Part shown: piece after piece, positions 9,717-23,074 of the stretch
How the letters are laid out: each line of letters opens with the position of its first letter
Numbering within the stretch: position 1 is the first letter of the stretch
DNA from: an uncultured Gammaproteobacteria bacterium
GTDB taxonomy: Bacteria > Pseudomonadota > Gammaproteobacteria > UBA9214
Reading direction: 5' to 3'
Assembly: GCA_963827755.1 (NCBI GenBank)
Contig: CAWHCQ010000021.1
Span: forward strand, 32,001-96,000
DNA: 64,000 nt
The notes under the pieces: generated by a model
Told to the model about the DNA's origin: nothing
The model's database searches: none
The model's input: the letters and a program-made list of their open reading frames with translations, nothing else
Position numbers and translations under genes: made by a program

Positions 9717-12029
9717 ATGAGCAAGAACCTCGTAATTGTTGAATCACCTGCCAAGTGCAAAACCATCAAGAAATACCTCGGCAAGGACTTTGAAGTCATG
9801 GCGTCCTATGGTCACGTACGCGACCTGGTACCCAAGGAAGGCGCCGTCGACCCCGAGAATGACTTCGCAATGCGTTACCAGCTGATCGAGCGGAATTCAA
9901 AACATGTAGACAGTATCGTCAGTGCGATGAAAAAATCAGACGCCCTGTACCTCGCAACTGACCCGGATCGCGAAGGTGAAGCCATCTCGTGGCACCTCTG
10001 CGAACTGCTCAAGGAACGCAAGATATTAAAAGATAAACCGGTGTACCGGGTTGCCTTCAACCAGATTACCAAGGGCGCCGTCAACGAGGCCATTGATCAT
10101 CCACGCAGCCTCTCCAGCGATCTGGTCAATGCCCAGCAGGCACGCCGCGCGCTCGACTACCTGGTGGGTTTCAACCTGTCGCCGCTGCTGTGGAAAAAGA
10201 TACGCCGCGGCCTCTCTGCAGGGCGCGTACAAAGCCCGGCCCTGTGCATGATCGTCGAGCGCGAAATCGCCATCGAGAATTTCAAACCACGCGAATACTG
10301 GACCCTGGAAGGCGACCTTGCAAAAGACAAGCAGAAATTCGTGGCACGGCTTACGCATTTACACGATGAAAAACTCAAACAGTTCTCCATTACCGACGAA
10401 ACCGCCGGCAACGCCGCAAAAAAGGAACTGTTAAAGGCCGCCAACGGCAAACTGGTTGTTGATGCAGTCGAGAAGAAAAAACGCAGGCGGAATCCTGCGG
10501 CACCGTTTACCACCTCTACCCTGCAGCAGGAGGCCTCACGCAAACTGGGCTTTACCGCCAGCCGCACCATGCGCATTGCCCAGCAGCTGTATGAAGGGAT
10601 GGAAATCGGCGGCGAGTCGGTCGGTCTTATTACCTACATGCGTACCGACTCGGTAAATCTTGCCGAGGAATCGCTCAAGGAACTGCGGGAATTCATAGGT
10701 GAACGCTTTGGCAAGGATGCCCTGCCCGGCGAGGCACGCACGTACAAGACCAAGGCAAAGAACGCACAGGAGGCGCATGAAGCCATTCGCCCGACAGATC
10801 CGCGCAACGTGCCTGAAGCGATCAAGAAATACCTGAGCGCCGAACAGCTCAAACTCTATGACCTGATCTGGAAACGCACAATTGCCTGCCAGATGATTCA
10901 CGCGTCCATCAACACTGTCAGCGTTGACTTCAACTGCGGTGATGGCAACCGCTTCCGCTCCACCGGCTCAACCATTGTCGACCCGGGTTTTATGGCCGTT
11001 TACATGGAAAGCGAGGATGACAAAAAGACGGACAGTGAAGAAAGCATGCTGCCACCCCTTGAGAAGGGTGACAGCTGCATACTGAATGACATCCGTGCAG
11101 ACCAGCATTTCACCGAGCCACCGCCACGCTTTTCCGAGGCAAGCCTGGTGAAGTCGCTGGAAGAATACGGCATCGGGCGACCATCGACCTATGCCACGAT
11201 CATTTCAACCCTGCAGGCGCGCGAATACGTGACGCTCGAAAAGAAGCGTTTTTACCCGACCGATGTAGGACGCGTGGTCAGCAAGTTCCTCACCGAGCAC
11301 TTCACCCAGTACGTGGATTACGACTTCACGGCAAAACTGGAAGACGAACTCGACGCGGTTGCACGCGGCGAAAAGGAATGGGTGCCACTGATGAAGGAAT
11401 TCTGGCAACCGTTCAAACACCAGGTCGACGACAAGGAGACCAGCGTCAAGCGCGAGGACGTCACCACCGAGGCAACGGATGAAAAATGTCCCAAGTGTGA
11501 AAAGCCCCTCAACATCCGGCTGGGCCGGCGCGGCCGCTTCATCGGCTGCAGCGGATACCCCGAGTGTGACTACACGCGCAACGTCGATGAAGAACACGGC
11601 AGTTCTGAACCGGAAGTTGTTGAAGGACGCAAATGTCCCGAGTGCGACTCGGACCTTATCATTCGTTCCGGGCGTTACGGAAAATTCATTGGCTGCAGCA
11701 GCTACCCGGACTGCAAATATATCGAGCCACTGGAAAAACCCGAAGACACCGGTGTGCAGTGCCCGCAGTGCAAGAAAGGCAATATCCTGAAACGCAAATC
11801 ACGCCGCGGGAAAATCTTCTTTTCCTGTGAACACTACCCGAAATGCGAATACGCCATCTGGAACATGCCGCTGGCACAGCCCTGCCCGATGTGTCACTGG
11901 CCGATCACGTCCATCAAGACCACCAAGCGCTCCGGTACCCAGCGCGTATGCCCGCAGCAGGAGTGTAAATTCGTGGAACCCTGGGATAAACCGATACCGG
12001 GCGCCGAGAAGGAATCCGGCGAGGCGTGA
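9717..12029 (+). CDS. topA: DNA topoisomerase I with C-terminal Zn-ribbon repeats
   Basis: LVIVESPAK, LATDPDREGEAI, SAGRVQS, ITYMRTDS, repeated CPxC...GC ribbons. Confidence 0.98.
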   Translation: MSKNLVIVESPAKCKTIKKYLGKDFEVMASYGHVRDLVPKEGAVDPENDFAMRYQLIERNSKHVDSIVSAMKKSDALYLATDPDREGEAISWHLCELLKERKILKDKPVYRVAFNQITKGAVNEAIDHPRSLSSDLVNAQQARRALDYLVGFNLSPLLWKKIRRGLSAGRVQSPALCMIVEREIAIENFKPREYWTLEGDLAKDKQKFVARLTHLHDEKLKQFSITDETAGNAAKKELLKAANGKLVVDAVEKKKRRRNPAAPFTTSTLQQEASRKLGFTASRTMRIAQQLYEGMEIGGESVGLITYMRTDSVNLAEESLKELREFIGERFGKDALPGEARTYKTKAKNAQEAHEAIRPTDPRNVPEAIKKYLSAEQLKLYDLIWKRTIACQMIHASINTVSVDFNCGDGNRFRSTGSTIVDPGFMAVYMESEDDKKTDSEESMLPPLEKGDSCILNDIRADQHFTEPPPRFSEASLVKSLEEYGIGRPSTYATIISTLQAREYVTLEKKRFYPTDVGRVVSKFLTEHFTQYVDYDFTAKLEDELDAVARGEKEWVPLMKEFWQPFKHQVDDKETSVKREDVTTEATDEKCPKCEKPLNIRLGRRGRFIGCSGYPECDYTRNVDEEHGSSEPEVVEGRKCPECDSDLIIRSGRYGKFIGCSSYPDCKYIEPLEKPEDTGVQCPQCKKGNILKRKSRRGKIFFSCEHYPKCEYAIWNMPLAQPCPMCHWPITSIKTTKRSGTQRVCPQQECKFVEPWDKPIPGAEKESGEA

Positions 12030-12577
12030 GCTGGAAAATCCGCGAAGCGGTGCGCCGGCTTGAACACGGCGGAATAATCGCCTACCCCACGGAAACGGTA
12101 TACGGTCTCGGTTGTGATCCCTTCAATGCTGCAGCCGTGCTGCACCTGCTGGCACTGAAACAACGCAGTATCCGGCAAGGACTCGTCCTGGTTGCCAGTG
12201 ACCTTGCACAACTCAAGCCCCTGCTGCTGCCGCTGAGCCCTGCGACAAAATCCCGTGTTACAAAAACCGGGCCGGTTGCTACCACCTGGGTACTGCCGTG
12301 CCTGCCCGAAATACCTGCATGGCTGCGAGGCAGGCACGCAAGCCTTGCCGTTCGTATCACCACGCACCCGGTCGCTGCCGCACTTTGCAAACAATGGGGT
12401 GGCCCGCTGGTTTCAACCAGCGCCAACCTGCACGGCAGGCAACCGGCAACCGGTCCGCTCGCCGTACGCAAGGCGTTCAATGACCGGGTCGACTGCATCC
12501 TGCACGGCGAGCGCGGTAGCGGCCGGCCCAGCGAAATACGCGACGGAATATCCGGTAAAATCCTGCGCGGCAGCTAA
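12026..12577 (+). CDS. tsaC: threonylcarbamoyl-AMP synthase (Sua5/YrdC)
   Basis: IAYPTETVYGLGCDP, LVSTSAN. Confidence 0.93.
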   Translation: MSWKIREAVRRLEHGGIIAYPTETVYGLGCDPFNAAAVLHLLALKQRSIRQGLVLVASDLAQLKPLLLPLSPATKSRVTKTGPVATTWVLPCLPEIPAWLRGRHASLAVRITTHPVAAALCKQWGGPLVSTSANLHGRQPATGPLAVRKAFNDRVDCILHGERGSGRPSEIRDGISGKILRGS

Positions 12578-12592
12578 ACATGCAAAAAAATT

Positions 12593-12678
12593 GCCACAGA
12601 GTGCATTGAGCACATAGAGGAAAAACCTTTCTCGCGCAAAGCCTTTTATTTATTATTTAACTCTGTGCCCTCTGTGGC
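12593..12678. repeat. intergenic inverted repeat element with 9-bp-unit arms
   Basis: Left arm gccacagag-tgcattgag-cacatagag; right arm ctctgtgcc-ctctgtggc; AT-rich spacer between them. Confidence 0.6.
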
Positions 12679-12686
12679 AGCAATAG

Positions 12687-13649
<963 letters not shown>

Positions 13650-13844
13650 GTGCATTGCACAGCACGGAAAACACATTCCCGCCTGCCGGCATGAATCATG
13701 CAGACGGTTTGGAGCCCGGCAAGCGGGCCGGTGATCTCGTCCAGCTCAAGTCCCGGATTTCAGGCACCTGTGTACTGCGCAGCACAGCTTAAAATTAGAA
13801 TATAATTCGACACTTAACTACTATTCAGTCGCTTGCAAAGCTTT

Positions 13845-13874
13845 CTAGACAAAGTCTAGCCTGAGGTTTATGCT
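13845..13874 (+). promoter_or_regulatory. putative sigma70 promoter of katG overlapped by a palindromic operator
   Basis: TAGACA (13846-13851)-17 bp-TATGCT (13869-13874); palindrome CTAGAC-AAA-GTCTAG at 13845-13859. Confidence 0.5.
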
Positions 13875-13959
13875 ACGGAACAACGCAATACCCGAACAAA
13901 CGAACATTCAGCGATATTTGCAATTTTAAGTGAACTCACCGAGACACCATGTTTCTTGA

Positions 13960-16205
<2,246 letters not shown>

Positions 16206-16351
16206 TCCCTGTGGAAAAAGGTGCTCGAAAGCCTCTGAAACAAGGCTTGATTCGAGCGCCGGGTCAGGTCCTGAAATGAGCTTCGCAAGCTTTTCGTGAC
16301 TCATGTAAACACGAACGGCGGCGTGCAACCGGCGCCTGTAAAGCAGCAGGC

Positions 16352-16377
16352 AAAAAAAACCCGCCTTTCGGCGGGTT
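16352..16377 (-). terminator. rho-independent terminator
   Basis: Minus strand AACCCGCC-GAAA-GGCGGG followed by T8. Confidence 0.85.
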
Positions 16378-16520
16378 GAAAACGCCTTTCGGCGTCGGAG
16401 GAGCCATTGAAACCGGTGTCTCTGCAATCCGGCCCGGGCTGTTGTGATACACCCGGACCCATTGCAGAACGCACCACATAGCGCTCTCTGCTCAGGTTAT
16501 CGGCGTGTACAGGAGTAACT
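16352..16520 (-). ncRNA. candidate small regulatory RNA (5' end uncertain)
   Basis: Long hairpin 16415-16475, single-stranded GGCTCCTCC, two GAAA-tetraloop hairpins, terminator; AT-rich region upstream; no credible CDS. Confidence 0.5.
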
Positions 16521-16588
16521 TTAGAGGCTCGCAGCCGGAAAATCTGTAATATTATGTTTTATATGAATATTTAGTGTTTACAAGCGGC

Positions 16589-16612
16589 ACAGGAGCGCCT
16601 TGCAGGCGCGAT
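16589..16612 (+). repeat. isolated GTAG-family REP-like palindrome
   Basis: acaggaGCGCCTtgcAGGCGCgat, same architecture as the repeats at 22041-22144. Confidence 0.5.
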
Positions 16613-16694
16613 TCGATCCCCCGTACCGGCGCAAATACTTCTTGAATCGAAGAGCCACAGGGGAAACAAATGACACCCGGGACTTATTTATTAT

Positions 16695-17277
16695 CTAGCC
16701 GACGGTATCCCGGTGCGTATTTTCAGGGCGCCTGCCTGTGCCTGCCTGCAGGCGCTTTATAACCCTGGCTTCTGTTAACAGGGATTCCAGCTCAAGTGGC
16801 GCTGCAGGCACTGGATGATAACGGCAAGCAGGCGAGCAATTCATGCTGCCTGACCAGGTGAAAATAATCCGGGGTACCGAGATAATCGACCGCAAGCGAA
16901 AAGCCGTTGTCCAGGTGTTCCAGGGCATGCCGGTATTTACAACTGATCAACAACTGCCCGTACACCAGTTCCAGCAAGGCACGCTCACGGTCATTCCCGG
17001 TCGATGCTGCCAGTTGCCCGTAATCCGGCTCAATGCTGCGACCCATCCAGAAATTGCAGGCAAGCATTAGCACATGCAACTGGAAACAGTCCACGCCTTC
17101 ACACAAGCGTGAACGCAGCCCGTATTGTGCAATTGCCGCCAGCGCCTCTGCCAGGTCCTTGCCGACGGGATCGGCGTACCAGGCGGACAGTGAGACCGGC
17201 TGCCGGTCCAGCAGCCGGGTTACCGGTAACCCCGCATCGGCGGCATCCACAAGCTGTTTTGCCTGTTTCATTTCCAT
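16695..17277 (-). CDS. hypothetical protein, probably one gene with a +1 frameshift near 16813
   Basis: ORF 16792-17277 continues in the +1 frame as ...LELESLLTEARVIKRLQ...DTVG to the stop at 16695; divergent from hemB. Confidence 0.6.
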
Positions 17278-17341
17278 TTTTTCAGCTTACACGCGGACAG
17301 ACCGCAATGGTACATTGCCGCCGGGCACGCACAGGAACTGA

Positions 17342-18421
<1,080 letters not shown>

Positions 18422-18428
18422 GCTGACT

Positions 18429-19238
18429 ATGGATCGCTATGCCGTCATGGGTAACCCGGTTGCCCACAGCAAGTCGCCACGCATTCACCGGATGTTTGCC
18501 GTACAAACCGGCCAGGAACTGGAATACAGCGCCATTCTTGTCGAACCCGGCAACTTCGCCGCTGCGGTTGCCGAATTCCAGTCACAGGGAGGCAATGGCC
18601 TGAACATCACCGTGCCGTTCAAGCAGGAGGCATGGGCCCTGTCCGACAGGCGCAGCGATCGCGCGGAACGTGCCGGCGCAGTCAATACACTGTTACTGGT
18701 CAAATCCGGCAGGCACTTCGGTGACAACACCGATGGCGCGGGACTGGTTCGCGACCTGACGTTCAATCACGGCGCAGCACTCGCCGGTAAAAGGCTGCTG
18801 CTGCTCGGTGCAGGCGGCGCCGCACGCGGTGTCATCGAACCCCTGCTGCATGAAAGACCGGCCCTGCTGGTCATAGCCAATCGCACGGCCGACAAGGCCG
18901 TGGCGCTGGCGCGCAGCTTTTGCGACCTGGGACATACAGAGGGCTGCGGCCTGGATGAACCGGAAGGGCAGCACTTCGACATCATCATCAATGCAACCGC
19001 CGCCAGCCTCTCGGGACAGGTACCTGCCCTGCCGGCGAGCGTGGTCACTCCCCAAAGCTGGTGCTATGACATGATGTACGCAAACGAACCGACCGCCTTC
19101 ATGAACTGGGCAAGTGAGCAGGGGGCGCTCAGGGTCATGGATGGCCTGGGCATGCTGGTGGAGCAGGCCGCCGAATCATTTTTCCTGTGGCGCGGAATAC
19201 GCCCGGACACGGCACCGGTTATTAACGCCTTGCGATAG
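18429..19238 (+). CDS. aroE: shikimate dehydrogenase
   Basis: GNPVAHSKSP, NITVPFK, NTDG, GAGGAA, DGLGMLVEQAA. Confidence 0.97.
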   Translation: MDRYAVMGNPVAHSKSPRIHRMFAVQTGQELEYSAILVEPGNFAAAVAEFQSQGGNGLNITVPFKQEAWALSDRRSDRAERAGAVNTLLLVKSGRHFGDNTDGAGLVRDLTFNHGAALAGKRLLLLGAGGAARGVIEPLLHERPALLVIANRTADKAVALARSFCDLGHTEGCGLDEPEGQHFDIIINATAASLSGQVPALPASVVTPQSWCYDMMYANEPTAFMNWASEQGALRVMDGLGMLVEQAAESFFLWRGIRPDTAPVINALR

Positions 19239-19248
19239 GTGGCTTCGG

Positions 19249-19782
19249 TCAGACACCGGCAAGGTGGCGGTTTTTCAGTTCGACGTAATGGCGGGCAGAA
19301 TAATCGAGAAAGGCCTGTTCCTCCTCGCTCAGCGGCCGCACCTTGCGTGCCGGTGAACCGACCCAGAGGAAACCGCCTTCCAGTTCGCGTCCGGGAGGTA
19401 CCAGGCTGCCCGCGCCGAGGATTGCACCGGAACGCAGCAGCGCACCATCCATGACCGTGGCAGCCATGCCGACAAGGCAACGGTCCTCGATGGTGCAACC
19501 GTGCAGAATGGCCTGGTGCCCGACGGTAATATCCGCCCCGATCGTCAGGGGAAATCCGCCCGGTGCAAATTCACTGTCATGACTGACGTGCAGGATAGTG
19601 CCATCCTGGATATTGGTGCGCGCCCCGATCTCGATACTGTTCACATCACCCCGGGCCACCACCTTGGGCCAGAGTGAAACATCCTCGGCAATCCTGACCG
19701 CCCCGATCACCAGTGCAGTTTCATCCACGAAGGCCGAAGCCGCAATCTGCGGCACATTTTTTTCAAACGTCCTGATCGTCAC
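19249..19782 (-). CDS. gamma-carbonic anhydrase family protein (YrdA-like)
   Basis: Hexapeptide repeats, RGDVN, NIQDG-LH, GHQAILHGC. Confidence 0.92.
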   Translation of the reverse strand: MTIRTFEKNVPQIAASAFVDETALVIGAVRIAEDVSLWPKVVARGDVNSIEIGARTNIQDGTILHVSHDSEFAPGGFPLTIGADITVGHQAILHGCTIEDRCLVGMAATVMDGALLRSGAILGAGSLVPPGRELEGGFLWVGSPARKVRPLSEEEQAFLDYSARHYVELKNRHLAGV

Positions 19783-19945
19783 AAGGCCACCTCTATCCGC
19801 AAGTCCGAAACACGCGCGGGAAAAATGCCCGCGCACGGCAAGCGGCAAAGTGTCAGGTATTCACCATGCGGTTGCAAGGCGCACATGCTAAAGTAGGAAT
19901 CTGCAAAATTCGTATTTAACCCTGTTAATCAAAGGTATTTCCAGC

Positions 19946-22027
19946 ATGACAAATCCGCTGCTTGAACTTACAGGACTGCCGCCGTTTTCCAGGATCAAGC
20001 CCGGGCATGTCGAACCGGCCATCGATCAATTACTGGATGAGGCGCGCAATCAGGTTGAAAAACTGCTTGCCGGTAATGCCGAATACAGCTGGGAAAACCT
20101 GGTTACTCCGCTGGAAGAAATGAACGACAGGATCAACCGCGCCTGGTCACCGGTGAGTCATATGAACTCGGTCGTCAACTCGAATGCACTGCGCGATGCC
20201 TACAATGCCTGCCTGCCGAAACTCAGTGAATATGCTACCGAAATGGGCCAGCACAAGGGCCTTTACCAGGCCTACCGGCAGATCGCCGACGGCGAAGAAT
20301 ACACGCGCCTGGATACCGCACAGAAAAAAATCATTGATAACGAACTGCGTGATTTCCGCCTGTCCGGCATCGAACTCGGCCAGGTCTCACAGGACCGCTA
20401 CAAGGCAGTCATGCAGGAACTCTCGAAACTCACCGCGCAATTCAGTGACAACGTGCTCGATGCCACCAATGCCTGGCACAAACAGATCAGCGATGAAGCC
20501 CTGCTGGAAGGCCTGCCGGAAAGCGCCCGCTCACTGGCGAAACAGACCGCCGAACAGCGCGACATGGACGGCTGGGTGTTCACCCTGGAGTTTCCCTCCT
20601 ACATCCCGGTCATGACCTATGCCGACAACCGCAAGTTACGTGAGGAGATGTACACGGCCTATGTGACGCGCGCATCCGACCAGGGACCGGAGAAGGTGAG
20701 ACCGGGAACCGGTCGAGAGGCTGGCCTGGGCCATGCCGGCAAGTGGGACAACACGCCGACCATGAACCGGATACTTGAATTGCGCCATGAAGCATCCATG
20801 TTGCTGGAGTTTGACAATTACGCAGAACGTTCACTGGCCACCAAGATGGCGGAATCGGTCGACCAGGTAAACGCCTTCCTGAATGACCTGGCGGCACGCT
20901 CGAAGGGCCCGGCAGCGAAGGAGCTGGATGAGGTGCGTACCTTTGCCGGCAACCAGTACGGTATCAGTAATCTGCAGGCATGGGACATCGGCTATTACTC
21001 GGAAAAATTGCGCCAGCGGAAATATGCAATCTCACAGGAAGAGCTGAAACCCTATTTCCCCGAACCCCGGGTAATAAACGGCCTGTTTGCAATCGTGCAG
21101 CGGCTCTACGGGCTGCAGATCAAGGCCGTTGAAGGCATCGACCGCTGGCATGACGATGTACATTTTTATCGCATCCATGATGCTGCCGGCGAACTGCGCG
21201 GCGAATTCTTCCTTGACCTGTATGCGCGCCAGCACAAGCGTGGCGGCGCATGGATGGATGAATGCATCAGTCGCCGGCGCACCGCAAGCGGCCTGCAAAC
21301 CCCGGTAGCCTACCTGACCTGCAACTTCTCGCCCCCCATCGGGGATGACCCGGCACTGTTCACCCATGACGAGGTAATCACCCTGTTCCACGAGTTCGGA
21401 CATGGCCTGCACCACATGCTGACACAGGTTGATTATGCCGGCGTTTCCGGCATCAGCGGCGTCGCCTGGGATGCCGTCGAACTGCCCAGCCAGTTCATGG
21501 AGAACTGGTGCTGGGAGCGCGAGGCGCTGGACCTGTTCGCCGCTCATTATGAAAGCGGCGCAAGGATTCCGGATGAACTGTACCAACGCATGATTGCAGC
21601 AAAAAACTTCCAGTCCGCCATGCAGATGCTGCGCCAGGTGGAGTTCGCCCTGTTTGATTTTCGCATGCACATGGAATACCAGCCGGGACAAAACAATGAT
21701 ATCCATGCGACCCTCAACGCGGTTCGCAAGCAGGTCGCCGTGATCCAGCCGCCCGCTTTCAACCGCTTTGAAAACGGCTTCACGCATATCTTCGGCGGTG
21801 GCTATGCCGCCGGTTACTACAGCTATAAGTGGGCAGAGGTGCTGTCGGCGGACGCCTTCTCCGCCTTCGAGGAAACCGGCATCTTCAACAGCGAAACCGG
21901 CAAGCGATTCCTCAACAGCATTCTTGAACAGGGCGGCTCCCGCGAGCCAATGGAACTGTTCATCGAATTCCGCGGCCGCGAACCGAGCATCGATGCACTG
22001 CTGCGCCACAGCGGCCTGGCAGCATAA
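19946..22027 (+). CDS. prlC: oligopeptidase A (M3) with a 14-aa in-frame insertion
   Basis: MTNPLL, HEFGHGLHH, WDAVELPSQFMENW, GGYAAGYYSYKWAE. Confidence 0.97.
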   Translation: MTNPLLELTGLPPFSRIKPGHVEPAIDQLLDEARNQVEKLLAGNAEYSWENLVTPLEEMNDRINRAWSPVSHMNSVVNSNALRDAYNACLPKLSEYATEMGQHKGLYQAYRQIADGEEYTRLDTAQKKIIDNELRDFRLSGIELGQVSQDRYKAVMQELSKLTAQFSDNVLDATNAWHKQISDEALLEGLPESARSLAKQTAEQRDMDGWVFTLEFPSYIPVMTYADNRKLREEMYTAYVTRASDQGPEKVRPGTGREAGLGHAGKWDNTPTMNRILELRHEASMLLEFDNYAERSLATKMAESVDQVNAFLNDLAARSKGPAAKELDEVRTFAGNQYGISNLQAWDIGYYSEKLRQRKYAISQEELKPYFPEPRVINGLFAIVQRLYGLQIKAVEGIDRWHDDVHFYRIHDAAGELRGEFFLDLYARQHKRGGAWMDECISRRRTASGLQTPVAYLTCNFSPPIGDDPALFTHDEVITLFHEFGHGLHHMLTQVDYAGVSGISGVAWDAVELPSQFMENWCWEREALDLFAAHYESGARIPDELYQRMIAAKNFQSAMQMLRQVEFALFDFRMHMEYQPGQNNDIHATLNAVRKQVAVIQPPAFNRFENGFTHIFGGGYAAGYYSYKWAEVLSADAFSAFEETGIFNSETGKRFLNSILEQGGSREPMELFIEFRGREPSIDALLRHSGLAA

Positions 22028-22035
22028 TCGTCCGG

Positions 22036-22144
22036 AAATTGCAGGAGCCAGCGCCAGCTGGCGAAGGGTTCTGATAAATTGCAGGAGCCAGCGCCAGCTG
22101 GCGAATAACTCGCCTGGTGTTCGCGAGCTTGCGCTCGCTCCTAC
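22036..22144. repeat. REP/BIME-like cluster: two direct copies plus one inverted copy
   Basis: aaattgcaggagccagcgccagctggcgaa at 22036 and 22076; inverted gtaggagcgagcgcaagctcgcgaa at 22120-22144. Confidence 0.8.
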
Positions 22145-22177
22145 GTGATATAGACATACAAGCAGGACAGGAAAAAG

Positions 22178-22942
22178 ATGAAAATAGCCACCTGGAACGT
22201 CAACTCCCTCAAGGTACGCCTGCCCCACGTGCTCGACTGGCTGGCTGCTGCTGATCCGGACGTACTCTGCCTGCAGGAAACAAAACTGACCGACGAGAAT
22301 TTCCCGGCGGACGACATCGAGGCCGCCGGCTATCATGTCATCTATTCCGGGCAAAAAACCTACAACGGCGTGGCCATCATCAGTAAACAGGAAGCCAGCG
22401 ATATCATTACCGACGTGCCGGGGCTTGATGATCCGCAGCGGCGCATTCTCGGAGCAACCATTGACGGCATACGCATCCTCAACCTGTATGTTGTCAACGG
22501 CCAGGAAGTCGGTAGTGAAAAATTTGCCTACAAGCTGGAGTGGCTTTCAAAGATAGCGGACTACATCGAGATGCAGATGAAACAGCACGGGCTTTTCGTC
22601 ACCCTCGGCGACTTCAATATTGCGCCGGAAGATCGTGACGTGCATGACCCGGATGCCTGGAGAGAACGGATTCTCTGCAGCACACCGGAGCGCAATGCGC
22701 TGCAACATATTCTCGACCTGGGGCTGAAAGACACGTTCCGCTTGTTCGAGCAGGAAGAAAAGAGTTTCAGCTGGTGGGACTACCGCGCTGCCGCCTTCCG
22801 GCGCAACATGGGTTTGCGAATTGACCTGATCCTGGCCAGTAATGCACTCTGTGAAAAATGCAGTGCCTGCAATATTGACAGGGAACCCCGGCAACTTGAG
22901 CGTCCTTCAGATCACACGCCCGTGTATGCCGTGTTCAGCTAG
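22178..22942 (+). CDS. xth: exodeoxyribonuclease III
   Basis: MKIATWNVNS, LQETK, GDFNIAP, GLRID, SDH. Confidence 0.96.
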   Translation: MKIATWNVNSLKVRLPHVLDWLAAADPDVLCLQETKLTDENFPADDIEAAGYHVIYSGQKTYNGVAIISKQEASDIITDVPGLDDPQRRILGATIDGIRILNLYVVNGQEVGSEKFAYKLEWLSKIADYIEMQMKQHGLFVTLGDFNIAPEDRDVHDPDAWRERILCSTPERNALQHILDLGLKDTFRLFEQEEKSFSWWDYRAAAFRRNMGLRIDLILASNALCEKCSACNIDREPRQLERPSDHTPVYAVFS

Positions 22943-23074
22943 CCTTGCCGTCGTCATGCATACGATCCCGGCCACGCCGCTCACGAACTCACCCGTCGAC
23001 AGAGATAATCCGGTTTATCTTCATCTTTAAATCAGCGACAATGCCCGGCCCTGTTACCGGGACGTATTTTCTGC

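Noticed and set aside
16255-16290. GGTCAGGTCC resembling SRP RNA
   Set aside because: Lacks the following GGAAGGAAGCAGC helix-8 motif
16264-16479. 71-aa minus-strand ORF over the sRNA candidate
   Set aside because: Reads through the terminator hairpin and T-tract; no recognisable protein features
22036-22105. 30-bp direct repeat as a mini CRISPR array
   Set aside because: Only two copies, 10-bp spacer, no cas genes; fits a REP-type repeat
21032-22354. Long antisense ORFs (also 6972-7985, 23054-24031, 32666-33532, 53111-54136)
   Set aside because: Mirror frames of well-supported genes, expected with GC-rich codon bias; no motifs
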